Shown here: positions 27,054 to 36,539 of the stretch, piece by piece
Layout of the letters: each line of letters begins with the position of its first letter
Numbering within the stretch: the first letter of the stretch is position 1
From: a virus
Reading direction: 5' to 3' (one strand)
Length of the DNA: 64,000 bases
Virus record (IMG/VR): IMGVR_UViG_3300023178_000035
Notes under the pieces: model-generated
Database searches by the model: none
Told to the model about the DNA's origin: nothing
The model's input: only the letters and a program-made list of their open reading frames with translations
Translations under genes and position numbers: made by a program

Positions 27054-28834
27054 TAGTAACCTCCTCTTTCTTCATGTATTTTCTTAGCTGCTATACCTGT
27101 GTCACTTATTGTGGATTTTGCATATACTGGTTCGGAATCTTCAACCTTTTCAATACCATACAATATCTTCTCAGGCATATATTTTGTAGGATCTAAGTTT
27201 TCTGTATGTCGCCAAGGCTGCTTACGTGGTACACGACCTAACGGAGTTTTAAGTGTATCATGATCGCTGTATTTGGTTTTTTCTTCATCAATTTTAGTAA
27301 AGCTTGCAGGCATATCATGCATCATTGTAGGCATTTCTTCAAACTGAAATGTTCCGTGTGGCGAAGATTGAGCACTTCCGTTTACCAGTGCTGTTGTAGC
27401 ATCTGTAATTTTGCTTTCTAAACGTGCCTTAGGAGCATTTATTTCAAATTTTTCTTCAGCGTGATCGTATGCAAATGCCACAAACTTATTGTCAGATGAA
27501 ACTTCTGCAGGAATGTCGCCTGCTAATAACTCTAGAGACTTAATATCATAATTATGTTTTAATTTGAAGGTAGCATCGTCGGTGACACTTGTACCATCAT
27601 GTATTCTATTTTCAATATCTAAACCTGTGGTAGACAGAATATCCAGTTTTCCCTCTTTTACTTTAAGTGCAAAGTTAGGCTCAGCTTCGGGGTTGCTTCT
27701 TTGTTCAATGTTTATTGCTGTTTTGGCTGATATATTCAGTTCATCTACATCTATATTCAATTGATGTGCGTGGAAATTAATACCCGCTTTTTCATCTTTT
27801 TCGGTGGCCATACTGATGCCTCCCCGTGAATAAACATCAATTTTTCCGTTTGCTGTAAACTCCATCCAGCTATCGCCGTTTGAATGTATTATTGTTATAA
27901 AGTCTTCACTATTGTGCATTATAATTTTATGACCAGTCCTAGTTTCTATTCTAAACTGTTCACTGTGAGGAATTGTTCTTTCGCCACTAGGAGCAGGCAC
28001 ATATTCACGTTTACCATCCTTAGCTAAGGTAGTTCGATACAAACCTGGATTACCGTCGTCCATTATTAAATTAGTACCGCCTAAACGAGAGAATGGGAGT
28101 TCGTTGCGAACTTCGCCTACTGGTTCTGGTGTTTTAGCAAGTTTTGGTCCATCGTACTTGTAAGGTCCCGGAGAGCTCCAACCTTGTACCATACTCACAG
28201 GATCTCGTCTTGGCCCATAAGTTTGCGGTCCACGATCAGGATCTGCCCAGTACCCGTTTACTTTTTCTAGCTTAATTCTGTTGTCATACAACCCAGCACT
28301 AGGTGAACTATTTCCTTTAAACGGTCCTTTTTCATTAAGCTGTCTTTCATTAGTGTCGGGATCGTTTTTATATCCAGGCGGCGTTTTTTTATTGTACTCT
28401 GCTTCAAAATTATTAAATGTGTTAGCATTCATAAACTCGTCAGGCACATAGCCGATAATGTAGCCACGGCCGTCGCCGCCTTCAGTAAAAGCAACAAGGC
28501 ACATTGTTCCTATATCTGGTGGCCTTGCTACAAAACCGTAACTTTGTTGATTGTAGTCATATTGATCATTTTTTGTCAATCCAGAGTAGGGCAGTTGTCC
28601 AGAATACATAACCGCTGGTCTTACATTAACTGTTTGCTCTTGATCGCCCGGAGTCGACCCTGACTTTCCCGAACTTAAAATAGATACTGCAACTTGACCC
28701 ATTCTTCCTGGATCAATATTGTTTGTAACCCTTGCAAAATATATTCCAGGATTGACACGTACACCACTTGCTGCCGAGGTCTGTTTTGATTCATTTTGAA
28801 AGTCTGTTTGTACTTGTGGTTTACCGTATCCCAT
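27053..28834 (-). CDS. gp5: Baseplate hub / central spike, gp5-like, no lysozyme domain seen
   Basis: N-terminal OB-fold pattern (GIY.ARV.N..DP.RMG.V.V...P.IGT..LVAF..G....GY.IG). C-terminal beta-helix-type segment (RIETRTGH.I.MH.SED.I.I....G.SW.E....GKIDVY). Confidence 0.7.
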   Translation of the reverse strand: MGYGKPQVQTDFQNESKQTSAASGVRVNPGIYFARVTNNIDPGRMGQVAVSILSSGKSGSTPGDQEQTVNVRPAVMYSGQLPYSGLTKNDQYDYNQQSYGFVARPPDIGTMCLVAFTEGGDGRGYIIGYVPDEFMNANTFNNFEAEYNKKTPPGYKNDPDTNERQLNEKGPFKGNSSPSAGLYDNRIKLEKVNGYWADPDRGPQTYGPRRDPVSMVQGWSSPGPYKYDGPKLAKTPEPVGEVRNELPFSRLGGTNLIMDDGNPGLYRTTLAKDGKREYVPAPSGERTIPHSEQFRIETRTGHKIIMHNSEDFITIIHSNGDSWMEFTANGKIDVYSRGGISMATEKDEKAGINFHAHQLNIDVDELNISAKTAINIEQRSNPEAEPNFALKVKEGKLDILSTTGLDIENRIHDGTSVTDDATFKLKHNYDIKSLELLAGDIPAEVSSDNKFVAFAYDHAEEKFEINAPKARLESKITDATTALVNGSAQSSPHGTFQFEEMPTMMHDMPASFTKIDEEKTKYSDHDTLKTPLGRVPRKQPWRHTENLDPTKYMPEKILYGIEKVEDSEPVYAKSTISDTGIAAKKIHEERGGY

Positions 28835-31077
28835 TAACCTGCATTCCTTAGATCTGTTCCTGTTTCCATCTCTACTAATGAATTAGAATTATCACCAATC
28901 TCTACCATAGGTTTACTTGTGCCGCCACCTTGTTGTCTATGTCGCAAACAGTTTAGTGTTTGTGTAAATCCTTCACGAGAAAATACAGTATCTACAGTCA
29001 ACACTTGATACATTCCTGTAAATTGATACTTGGACATTTTATACCACGGTACTCCTAAATCAATTGGTGTTTCAAAATTAATTCTTATGTCAGCTTCGCT
29101 TCTAATATACTCGATTTGCCCAGTAGATGTTTCATTTTTACCACCATCAATAAAGTTTCCACAACCGTTGCTTGTTAAAAAATACGGATCTCCGTGAATC
29201 TTCATTTTGATATTAAGCAAGTCTACAGGTGAATTCATAAGTGTTTCGTGCCAATACCTATTAATTTGCGATTCAGGATGCTGGGGCAGTTGTGCACCAG
29301 TGCCTCTGCTTTGTGTAGAACCTTTTTTATGCGCATTTGCTACCTGATCTGCATTAGCACCCGCTGAGCCAGATGCAATTTTTGGTACTAAATCAGGAGC
29401 AGCATCTGATTGTGCTCCGGGAACACCTTCTAATCGTGTCCTTTCATTTTGTCCTACATCTTGTCCTATTGGCACATAAAAGGAGTAGTTGAAGTCTAAG
29501 TCCAAGTCTAATATATCATGATTCTTACCTGTATAAATGTAATCGTATATTCTTGCAGGTGACCCGCCACCTTTTCCTGTAGTGCCAGGAGCGCTAAATC
29601 TATTTAAAGCCGCTTTGTAAGGAATAACCCTTATGATATAAATCTTACCTGTACGCCCTGCTTCAGACTCTTTTGGACCTTTGGTTGCAAGAACATAGGA
29701 AGAAAATCTAAACCAATCAATTTTGTTATCACCGTCTGCATCTTTGTTTGCTCCATATTCTCTACCGTACTCGCTTGCTATAATAACTTCTTCAATTATA
29801 TTAATCACTCGTGTACCTGCGTTTACCTGCATAGTTTGAGAATCTCCCGGAAGTCTACAGTTTTTATTATCCAGTACCATGCGATCTTGATCGGACAATG
29901 CATTGTCAAAACCAGTTTGTGTATAAGTTTGATTATCTTCAGGCTGTTTCATTATAGGGGACTTACCTATGACACTACAATTATCTTTATAAAAACCATA
30001 AATTTTTGCACCAATATCGTGTGCAGATTTTGCAGATCCTAGCTTATATTTTTTAAATTGATCAGGCCATTGATCAAAACTATATTGTCCTTCGTCGCCG
30101 GAGGAGCTTGAGCCTTTTGCGCTCTCCCATATTTCTGTAAGGTCTATCGGATTGTCTACAAGCCCAGCCGACGCGGCTCCTAAAACAGGTTGCTCTTCTG
30201 CAGATGTTTGTGTTTCCGGAAATACAATATAATACTGATCAGCTTCTTTTTGTACACCATTTTCAACTTGTGCATTTTCAATTTTGTTTAACAATGCTTG
30301 TAAACTGTTTTGACCTGTTGAAAGTATTTCCTGTACAGTTCTGCCTGAAATTGTACCGTTGGTTTTTGTGGTAGCTACTTCCTCATTAAATGCTTGATCG
30401 TTCCATGCTACAGCTAGGCATTTATATACTGTGCCTGCTTCTGTGACTGTAAATTTTGCTTGTATAAGTTTTACGATAAAGTTGTAAGGACCTACAGTAT
30501 CGTGTGATCCTGAGTCAGTAAATCCGTCAAACTTACAGGCAAGCATTATACCACAATCAGCATAGTTGTTAAACCCTTGCCTGCGTGCAGCGTCGTCTAG
30601 GTCTTCTAAAAAGCCGCCCATACTATAAGGTTCTACAATGTCAAATGCAAATGTTAAAGCGTTTGCACCTCTTGTACCTTGGTTTGCAGATATAACACTT
30701 TTTATTCTCATATTGTCAAAATGATAGTCTGAACTGCCCATATCTTCTGCCACAGTGATACCTGCTCTAAATTTACGGCCTTTGATTAAGCTTTCTGGAT
30801 TATTTGTTTGTGCATGATTAAGTACATTTAAACTCCACATCCAACTATAAGTTGCAAACTTATGTAGAGGATTTACACTAGGACTTCCGCCTCCTCCGCC
30901 GCCGCTAGAATTAGTAAGACCTTTGCCTGAAAACTGTCTATTTTCTCGTAAATAGAAAAATTCATCAGGACTTTCTCCTCGCCATGTGCGCCAGCTATCA
31001 TCAGCAGACGGTCTACCTATGTCTTGTACACTTTCACCGCCGTCTGATAAAGAAGCATCTGTTCTTATAATTGCCAT
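28834..31077 (-). CDS. Baseplate hub protein (gp27/gp44-like position)
   Basis: 747 aa between the gp53-like and gp5-like genes. C-terminal L.I.GDPY(F/W)L...I.F..P.D....FTG.Y.V..V...FS..GFTQ.L...R pattern of contractile-tail hub proteins. Confidence 0.6.
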   Translation of the reverse strand: MAIIRTDASLSDGGESVQDIGRPSADDSWRTWRGESPDEFFYLRENRQFSGKGLTNSSGGGGGGSPSVNPLHKFATYSWMWSLNVLNHAQTNNPESLIKGRKFRAGITVAEDMGSSDYHFDNMRIKSVISANQGTRGANALTFAFDIVEPYSMGGFLEDLDDAARRQGFNNYADCGIMLACKFDGFTDSGSHDTVGPYNFIVKLIQAKFTVTEAGTVYKCLAVAWNDQAFNEEVATTKTNGTISGRTVQEILSTGQNSLQALLNKIENAQVENGVQKEADQYYIVFPETQTSAEEQPVLGAASAGLVDNPIDLTEIWESAKGSSSSGDEGQYSFDQWPDQFKKYKLGSAKSAHDIGAKIYGFYKDNCSVIGKSPIMKQPEDNQTYTQTGFDNALSDQDRMVLDNKNCRLPGDSQTMQVNAGTRVINIIEEVIIASEYGREYGANKDADGDNKIDWFRFSSYVLATKGPKESEAGRTGKIYIIRVIPYKAALNRFSAPGTTGKGGGSPARIYDYIYTGKNHDILDLDLDFNYSFYVPIGQDVGQNERTRLEGVPGAQSDAAPDLVPKIASGSAGANADQVANAHKKGSTQSRGTGAQLPQHPESQINRYWHETLMNSPVDLLNIKMKIHGDPYFLTSNGCGNFIDGGKNETSTGQIEYIRSEADIRINFETPIDLGVPWYKMSKYQFTGMYQVLTVDTVFSREGFTQTLNCLRHRQQGGGTSKPMVEIGDNSNSLVEMETGTDLRNAG

Positions 31078-31078
31078 T

Positions 31079-31399
31079 TTATACTCCTAAGGTATCTCGT
31101 AAAAATTTACTTTGCGGCAAATAAATTTCTGTTCCAGCTTCAAAGTCATAAATTGGATCTCTTATAACATTCATGTTGCGCTGTGCAAAAACCCACCATA
31201 GATCAGAACTTCCGTAAAGATCATAAGCTAGCAAATCTGGTCTATGTGTATATTGGGGTTCTATTGTGTAAAGAACATCATTCGCTCTTGCAGGAACAGC
31301 CCTAATTGTAAGATAACTTAAAAATTGATCATTCTTTACTTCTGTTGCAAAATAGGGACTTGCATTGTTATAAAAAACTTTTTGATATTCAGTTGTCAT
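31079..31399 (-). CDS. gp53: Baseplate wedge protein, gp53/LysM-like
   Basis: Y.I...Y..RPDLLAYDLYG...LWWVFA.RN...I.DP..DF..G..I..P is the gp53/tail-X LysM-like signature. Confidence 0.8.
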   Translation of the reverse strand: MTTEYQKVFYNNASPYFATEVKNDQFLSYLTIRAVPARANDVLYTIEPQYTHRPDLLAYDLYGSSDLWWVFAQRNMNVIRDPIYDFEAGTEIYLPQSKFLRDTLGV

Positions 31400-32217
31400 A
31401 CAAAACCTCCTCCACCACTAGCAGCAAAGCTCTGTAAGCTAAACGATTGTGTTTTGCTTCTGCTGTATGCAACCTTAAGACTACATGTTATTTCACATTT
31501 AGTAGGTGCATATGTGCCTGTATTTGATTGTATATAATCAACATCAGATGGAAGAGAAATATTCCAGCCTGAGACAACTACTGGCACACTTTGGAACATA
31601 AATTGGCCATATCCATTTAAAAATACAACCGGCGGTGGCGAACCTTGATACGCACTGTTAGCATATGCACTTTTTGTCATTGTTTTTAAATAATGTTGTG
31701 CCGCAATAACATATGTAGCTTCTTGTTGATTTTGTGCAGTAAAAGTACCACTAATAGATATTTGCTCTACTTGACTGTTTTGATAAACCACATACGGGTA
31801 TAGCGCATGAGTAGGCGTCATTTCAGAATATGTTGCACCTGTGCCAAATGTAATACTAGGTGTATATGGCCACATACAACCATTTGTTCTTGCTAAACTT
31901 CCGTGCAAAGGTCCAAAGTTAACTCCAGACGGAATACTTAGCCTTACTCTCCAGTCAGCTGCTCCTGTAGCTTTCCAAGCCGCAGTGTTAAACGGCAGCG
32001 GGGTAGGATCTGCGCCTGCAGGTATATTCCTTTTACGTAAATTACTCACATAATCTTTAGAATCATATGTTTCAGTTGCAGCAGTTTCGGCGTAGTTACT
32101 GGTATTGTCTCCATATGTTACAGAACTACCAGTTAAATTGTCAACAGTCGCTTGTGGATTTTGACTGCTACGTCGTTGTGCTTCAGCTGATGGATTTTCT
32201 ACAAAGTCAACTGCCAT
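31396..32217 (-). CDS. Baseplate tail-tube initiator (gp48/gp54-like, tube fold)
   Basis: PYTP.I......Y......H..Y....Y.NS....I.I.G.F......A....A..H.L...TK..Y.....G.PPP...L.GYG...F..VPVV pattern; first gene of the baseplate operon. Confidence 0.65.
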   Translation of the reverse strand: MAVDFVENPSAEAQRRSSQNPQATVDNLTGSSVTYGDNTSNYAETAATETYDSKDYVSNLRKRNIPAGADPTPLPFNTAAWKATGAADWRVRLSIPSGVNFGPLHGSLARTNGCMWPYTPSITFGTGATYSEMTPTHALYPYVVYQNSQVEQISISGTFTAQNQQEATYVIAAQHYLKTMTKSAYANSAYQGSPPPVVFLNGYGQFMFQSVPVVVSGWNISLPSDVDYIQSNTGTYAPTKCEITCSLKVAYSRSKTQSFSLQSFAASGGGGFV

Positions 32218-32237
32218 TTTTCATGTCCTCTTTGTTG

Positions 32238-32243
32238 TATTTA
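32238..32243 (-). promoter_or_regulatory. Late promoter (TAAATA) of the leftward baseplate operon
   Basis: TAAATA on the minus strand 20 nt upstream of 32217, with a GAGGA RBS between. Confidence 0.65.
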
Positions 32244-32244
32244 G

Positions 32245-32273
32245 TTGACAAAATTATATACATATTTTATAAT
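32245..32273 (+). promoter_or_regulatory. Perfect-consensus sigma70 promoter for gp55
   Basis: TTGACA (32245-32250), 17-nt spacer, TATAAT (32268-32273). ATAAATA (32272-32278) overlaps the -10 element. Confidence 0.85.
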
Positions 32274-32300
32274 AAATATATTATTAGGAATCAACAATTA

Positions 32301-33146
32301 ATGAGAAAACACAATTACCTAAACAACAAAGACATTTTATCCGAAATTCATAAATCTAAAAGCAGTTTTTGTAGTTACACTGAGAACGAATACAATCAAT
32401 ATGATTTAATTATACCACTACAAGGTCCTTACGGTACGTTAGAAGAAGGACTAGCTAAAATAAACATTAGAACTATAGCAGAAGCAAAAAGAAATCAAGC
32501 AAAACGTTTGCAAACTCAAGCTTTTGATGCTGCTAAAGCCGAAGGTCAAAAAGTAAAACTAGCCGAATTTGAAGTAAACTGGAAAAAGATCAAAAAAGAA
32601 GACCTAGTGTTTAGAGTTATGTCTTATGATCATGTACCTGAAGAAGTAGGCAGAAAGAAAACTCCAAAAACTGTAGCAGATACAAAAACTAAACTTAATT
32701 TTCCTCCGTTCCAACACTTTAAATTTGACGCTGACGGAAATTTATTCTGTGTAGGCAAATCACATTGGGTAGGAGGAATGGATAATGGTTATTTTGATAA
32801 ACAACACGGCAAGGTAACAAACAAACTTGCTCACATGTGGATGAAACTATGCGAACGTTATGCAACTAGAGGCAATGTAAGAGGTTATACCTATAACGAC
32901 GAAATGCGTGGTCAAGCTATACTTCAGTTAACACAAATAGGCTTACAGTTTGATGAATCTAAATCGCAAAATCCATTTGCTTATTATACTGCCGCAGTGA
33001 CAAATTCTTTTGTGCGTGTAATTAATTTGGAAAAACGCAATCAAAATATAAGAGACGATATTTTAGAAATGAACGACATGTCTCCTAGCTATACAAGACA
33101 AGCGGCACGTGAATGGGAAGCAAATAATCCAGCTACTAGCAAATAA
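32301..33146 (+). CDS. gp55: Late-transcription sigma factor, gp55-like (281 aa; true start 32301, not 32067)
   Basis: NYLNNKDIL, RGYTYNDEM and FDESKSQNPFAYYT match T4 gp55 (NYVNNKELL, SGYT..WKQEM, FDETKYKNPHAYIT). AGGA RBS at 32286. T4 gene order 55-47-46 is conserved. Confidence 0.85.
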   Translation: MRKHNYLNNKDILSEIHKSKSSFCSYTENEYNQYDLIIPLQGPYGTLEEGLAKINIRTIAEAKRNQAKRLQTQAFDAAKAEGQKVKLAEFEVNWKKIKKEDLVFRVMSYDHVPEEVGRKKTPKTVADTKTKLNFPPFQHFKFDADGNLFCVGKSHWVGGMDNGYFDKQHGKVTNKLAHMWMKLCERYATRGNVRGYTYNDEMRGQAILQLTQIGLQFDESKSQNPFAYYTAAVTNSFVRVINLEKRNQNIRDDILEMNDMSPSYTRQAAREWEANNPATSK

Positions 33147-33151
33147 TTTTA

Positions 33152-33180
33152 TTGACTTGTATAGTATTTTACGTTATAGT
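33152..33180 (+). promoter_or_regulatory. Sigma70-type promoter for gp47 / SDR / gp46
   Basis: TTGACT, 17-nt spacer, TATAGT. GAGG RBS precedes the TTG start at 33211. Confidence 0.7.
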
Positions 33181-33210
33181 ATTATAAATTAGTTTTATAT
33201 TGAGGTAACT

Positions 33211-34221
33211 TTGTTTAAAAGAGCTGCTGTATTTACAGACATCCATCTTGGTTTAAAAAGCAATAGCAAAACACATAACACAGACTGTGAAGAGTTTGTG
33301 GATTGGTATATAGAACAAGCTAAAGAAAACAACTGCGAAACAGGAATCTTTTGTGGCGATTGGCATCACAATCGCAGTAGCGTGAATATTTCTACGCTAG
33401 ACTACACTGTCAGATGTTTAGAAAAACTAGGAAAAAGTTTTGATAACTTCTACATGTTTGTAGGCAATCATGACTTGTACTATAAAGACCGCCGAGACAT
33501 TAGTAGTACTAATTTTGCTCGACACATTCCAGGTGTAACTGTGCTAGATGAATTTACAGAAATAGAAGATGTTGCACTAGTACCTTGGTTAGTTGACAAT
33601 GAATGGCAAAAAATTGAGCGTTCACAAACAAAATACATGTTTGGACATTTCGAACTCCCTACATTTTTAATGAATGCTCATGTGCAAATGCCTGAACATG
33701 GCGATCTAAGAGCTACTCACTTCCAAAATCAAAAATATGTGTTTTCAGGACACTTTCATAAACGTCAGATAAAAGGAAACATTCATTATATTGGTAATGC
33801 GTTTCCGCACAACTATGCTGATGCATGGGATGACGAACGAGGAATGGTAATTGTTGACAGGGAAAATGATCTAGAACCTCAATATATCAACTGGGATACG
33901 TGTCCTAAGTATCGAACAGTAACGTTGTCACAGCTTCTTGATCCCGAAAATGATATTATTAAAGATAAAATGTATTTGCGAGTGTCAATTGATATTCCAA
34001 TTTCATATGAAGAAGCTAGTTTTATTAAAGAAACATATGTAAAACAATACAACTGTAGAGAAATTACACTTATTCCTCAAAAACAAATTGACGAAATTAC
34101 AACAGAACTAGATATTAGCAAGTTTGAAAGTGTAGATGAAATTGTGTCACGTGAAATTGTAGAAATTGATTCCGAATCTTTTGACAAAAAGATGCTATTA
34201 GACATTTATAGGGATTTATAA
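33211..34221 (+). CDS. gp47: Recombination endonuclease subunit gp47 (Mre11/SbcD-like)
   Basis: Metallophosphoesterase motifs FTDIHLG, GDWHH, GNHD, GHFE and SGHFH. Confidence 0.9.
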   Translation: MFKRAAVFTDIHLGLKSNSKTHNTDCEEFVDWYIEQAKENNCETGIFCGDWHHNRSSVNISTLDYTVRCLEKLGKSFDNFYMFVGNHDLYYKDRRDISSTNFARHIPGVTVLDEFTEIEDVALVPWLVDNEWQKIERSQTKYMFGHFELPTFLMNAHVQMPEHGDLRATHFQNQKYVFSGHFHKRQIKGNIHYIGNAFPHNYADAWDDERGMVIVDRENDLEPQYINWDTCPKYRTVTLSQLLDPENDIIKDKMYLRVSIDIPISYEEASFIKETYVKQYNCREITLIPQKQIDEITTELDISKFESVDEIVSREIVEIDSESFDKKMLLDIYRDL

Positions 34222-34760
34222 TGATTATTTCAGGTAACAAAGACTTTGGAGTTGCACAAGCATTATATAAAATATATCCTGATGCGGTTTATTGTAGTCG
34301 TGCAACTGGTTATGACTTGTGTTCTTACGATGGAGCTTTTCGATTTGCAACAGAATCTCTTGATCATGATCGAATAATCATATGTGCTGCACTATATAAG
34401 TTTCATCAAACAAACTTATTAGACGAAGTTTATAGAATGTGTGTTAAAAACAAACATACTCCACACATCATCACTGTCGGAAGCACAACGGATAGAGTAA
34501 AAAGCGGTAAAGTTTGGCGCTATAATGCCGAAAAGAAAGCGTTGAGAGACTATTCTAACAGTATGTCTATTGGCGGAGTATGGTCAAATGGTCCTAAAGT
34601 GTCATATATCAGTTTTGGTACCATGTCAAATAATCAAGAAAAGCATCCTGATCGTAAATGTCTTGACATTGACAAAGCAGCAAGTTATATTAAATGGATA
34701 TTCGAGCAGCCTGAAGACATTTGTATAAACGAAATCAGTATCGATCCTAAACAAAACTAA
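34221..34760 (+). CDS. Short-chain dehydrogenase/reductase-like protein
   Basis: N-terminal glycine motif ISGNKDFGVA, (T)VGS, catalytic-type YxxxK (YNAEK), and C-terminal ...I.EISIDP typical of SDRs. Short (179 aa). Confidence 0.6.
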   Translation: MIISGNKDFGVAQALYKIYPDAVYCSRATGYDLCSYDGAFRFATESLDHDRIIICAALYKFHQTNLLDEVYRMCVKNKHTPHIITVGSTTDRVKSGKVWRYNAEKKALRDYSNSMSIGGVWSNGPKVSYISFGTMSNNQEKHPDRKCLDIDKAASYIKWIFEQPEDICINEISIDPKQN

Positions 34761-34763
34761 ATT

Positions 34764-36539
34764 ATGACAATTTTAATTAAAGACTTAACAGTAAAAAACT
34801 TTATGAGCGTTGGTAATCAAACTCAAGGTGTGAGATTTGATCAAGAACAGCTCACTCTAGTGCTTGGTGAAAACTTAGATCAAGGAGGTGATGACTCAGG
34901 CTCACGAAACGGGACGGGCAAAACTACAATTATTAATGCATTGTCTTATGCTCTCTACGGCCAAGCACTTACTAATATCAAAAGAAACAATCTCATTAAC
35001 AAAACAAACTCAAAACACATGTTAGTGACATTGAATTTTGAAAAAAACAATGTACAATATAGAATCGAACGTGGTAGATCGCCTACTTTTACTAAGTTCT
35101 ATGTGAATAACGAAGAACAAGAGCTTACTGACGAGTCACAAGGCGATAGTCGTAAGACTCAAGAGTACATAAACAACCTTTTGGGCATGAGTCACGACAT
35201 GTTTAAGCATGTTGTAGCTCTTAATACATACTCTGAACCGTTTTTGGCTATGAGAACCAATGATCAACGTGCAATTATTGAACAATTGCTCGGCATAACC
35301 ATACTTTCTGAGAAGGCAGAAGCCCTAAAAGAGAAAATACGTGAATCAAAAGACAAAATTAACCAAGAAACAACAAAAATTCAAGCAATTCAGTCAGCAA
35401 ATGAGAAGATTGAGGAGACAATTGGTAGTTTAGGTCGCACTCAAAAGGCATGGCAGGCAAAAAAGAAGCAAGATTGTGACCATTTAGAAGCTGCTATTGC
35501 TGAATTAGATAAATTAGACATCGAAAAAGAGATCGAGTCACATGAAAAACTACAAAACTGGCAAAAAATTACTGACGAACTAGCAAATTTAACCAAAGAA
35601 CTTGGCAATTTTGAGATTGCACAAGAAAGATCTAAGAAAAGTGTAGAAAAAATACAAAAAGACATTAGTGATCTCGAAGATGCGGTGTGTTACGCATGTA
35701 ATCAACCATTACATGAAGACAAAAAACAAGAAATACTAGATAAAAAGTCTCAAGAACTAGCTGATTCTAAGAAATACTTGCAAGAAATTACAGATAATCT
35801 CAACAATACCAAGGTAGCAATCGAAAATATTGGTGATATAGATGCAAAGCCTACGGTATTTTATGAATCGATGAAGGAAGCATACGATCACAGGCAAAAT
35901 ATTGATAGTTTACGCAGCAGCTTAGAAGCAAAACAGCAAGAAACTGATCCTTACCAGGCACAGATTGACGAGTTATCATTAACTGCGTTGCAAGAGATCA
36001 ACTGGGACACGGTAAATAATCTTACCAACTTTCAAGAACATCAAGAATTTTTGTTAAAACTTCTTACTAATAAAGACAGCTTTATTAGAAAGAAAATTAT
36101 TGATCAAAATTTAAGTTATCTAAACAATAGGCTTACAAATTACTTAAACAAACTAGGCTTGCCACATCAGGTACTATTCCAAAATGATCTTGCAGTAGAA
36201 ATTACTCAGCTGGGCCAAGATTTAGATTTTGATAATCTAAGTCGAGGCGAAAGAAACAGACTTATACTCGGAATGAGTTTTGCATTTAGAGACGTTTGGG
36301 AAAACCTATATCAAAATGTAAACCTGTTGTTTATCGATGAGCTCATCGACAGCGGCATGGATTCTGCAGGAGTTGAAAATGCTTTAGGGGTTATTAAACA
36401 AATGGGTAGAGAACGTCATAAAAATGTATTTCTTATTTCTCACAAAGATGAATTAATTGGCAGAGTGAACCATGTTCTAAAAGTAATCAAAGAATCTGGC
36501 TTTACTTCCTACTCAACAGACTTGGATGTAGTGATATGA
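34764..36539 (+). CDS. gp46: Recombination ATPase subunit gp46 (Rad50/SbcC-like)
   Basis: Walker A (NGTGKTT), coiled coils, zinc-hook CYAC, signature LSRGE, Walker B LLFIDE, H-loop ISH. Confidence 0.92.
   Translation: MTILIKDLTVKNFMSVGNQTQGVRFDQEQLTLVLGENLDQGGDDSGSRNGTGKTTIINALSYALYGQALTNIKRNNLINKTNSKHMLVTLNFEKNNVQYRIERGRSPTFTKFYVNNEEQELTDESQGDSRKTQEYINNLLGMSHDMFKHVVALNTYSEPFLAMRTNDQRAIIEQLLGITILSEKAEALKEKIRESKDKINQETTKIQAIQSANEKIEETIGSLGRTQKAWQAKKKQDCDHLEAAIAELDKLDIEKEIESHEKLQNWQKITDELANLTKELGNFEIAQERSKKSVEKIQKDISDLEDAVCYACNQPLHEDKKQEILDKKSQELADSKKYLQEITDNLNNTKVAIENIGDIDAKPTVFYESMKEAYDHRQNIDSLRSSLEAKQQETDPYQAQIDELSLTALQEINWDTVNNLTNFQEHQEFLLKLLTNKDSFIRKKIIDQNLSYLNNRLTNYLNKLGLPHQVLFQNDLAVEITQLGQDLDFDNLSRGERNRLILGMSFAFRDVWENLYQNVNLLFIDELIDSGMDSAGVENALGVIKQMGRERHKNVFLISHKDELIGRVNHVLKVIKESGFTSYSTDLDVVI

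Noticed and set aside
32067-32300. 78-codon N-terminal extension of the gp55 ORF in the ORF track
   Set aside because: It overlaps the opposite-strand baseplate gene and the promoters. The RBS and the gp55 NNK motif point to ATG 32301.
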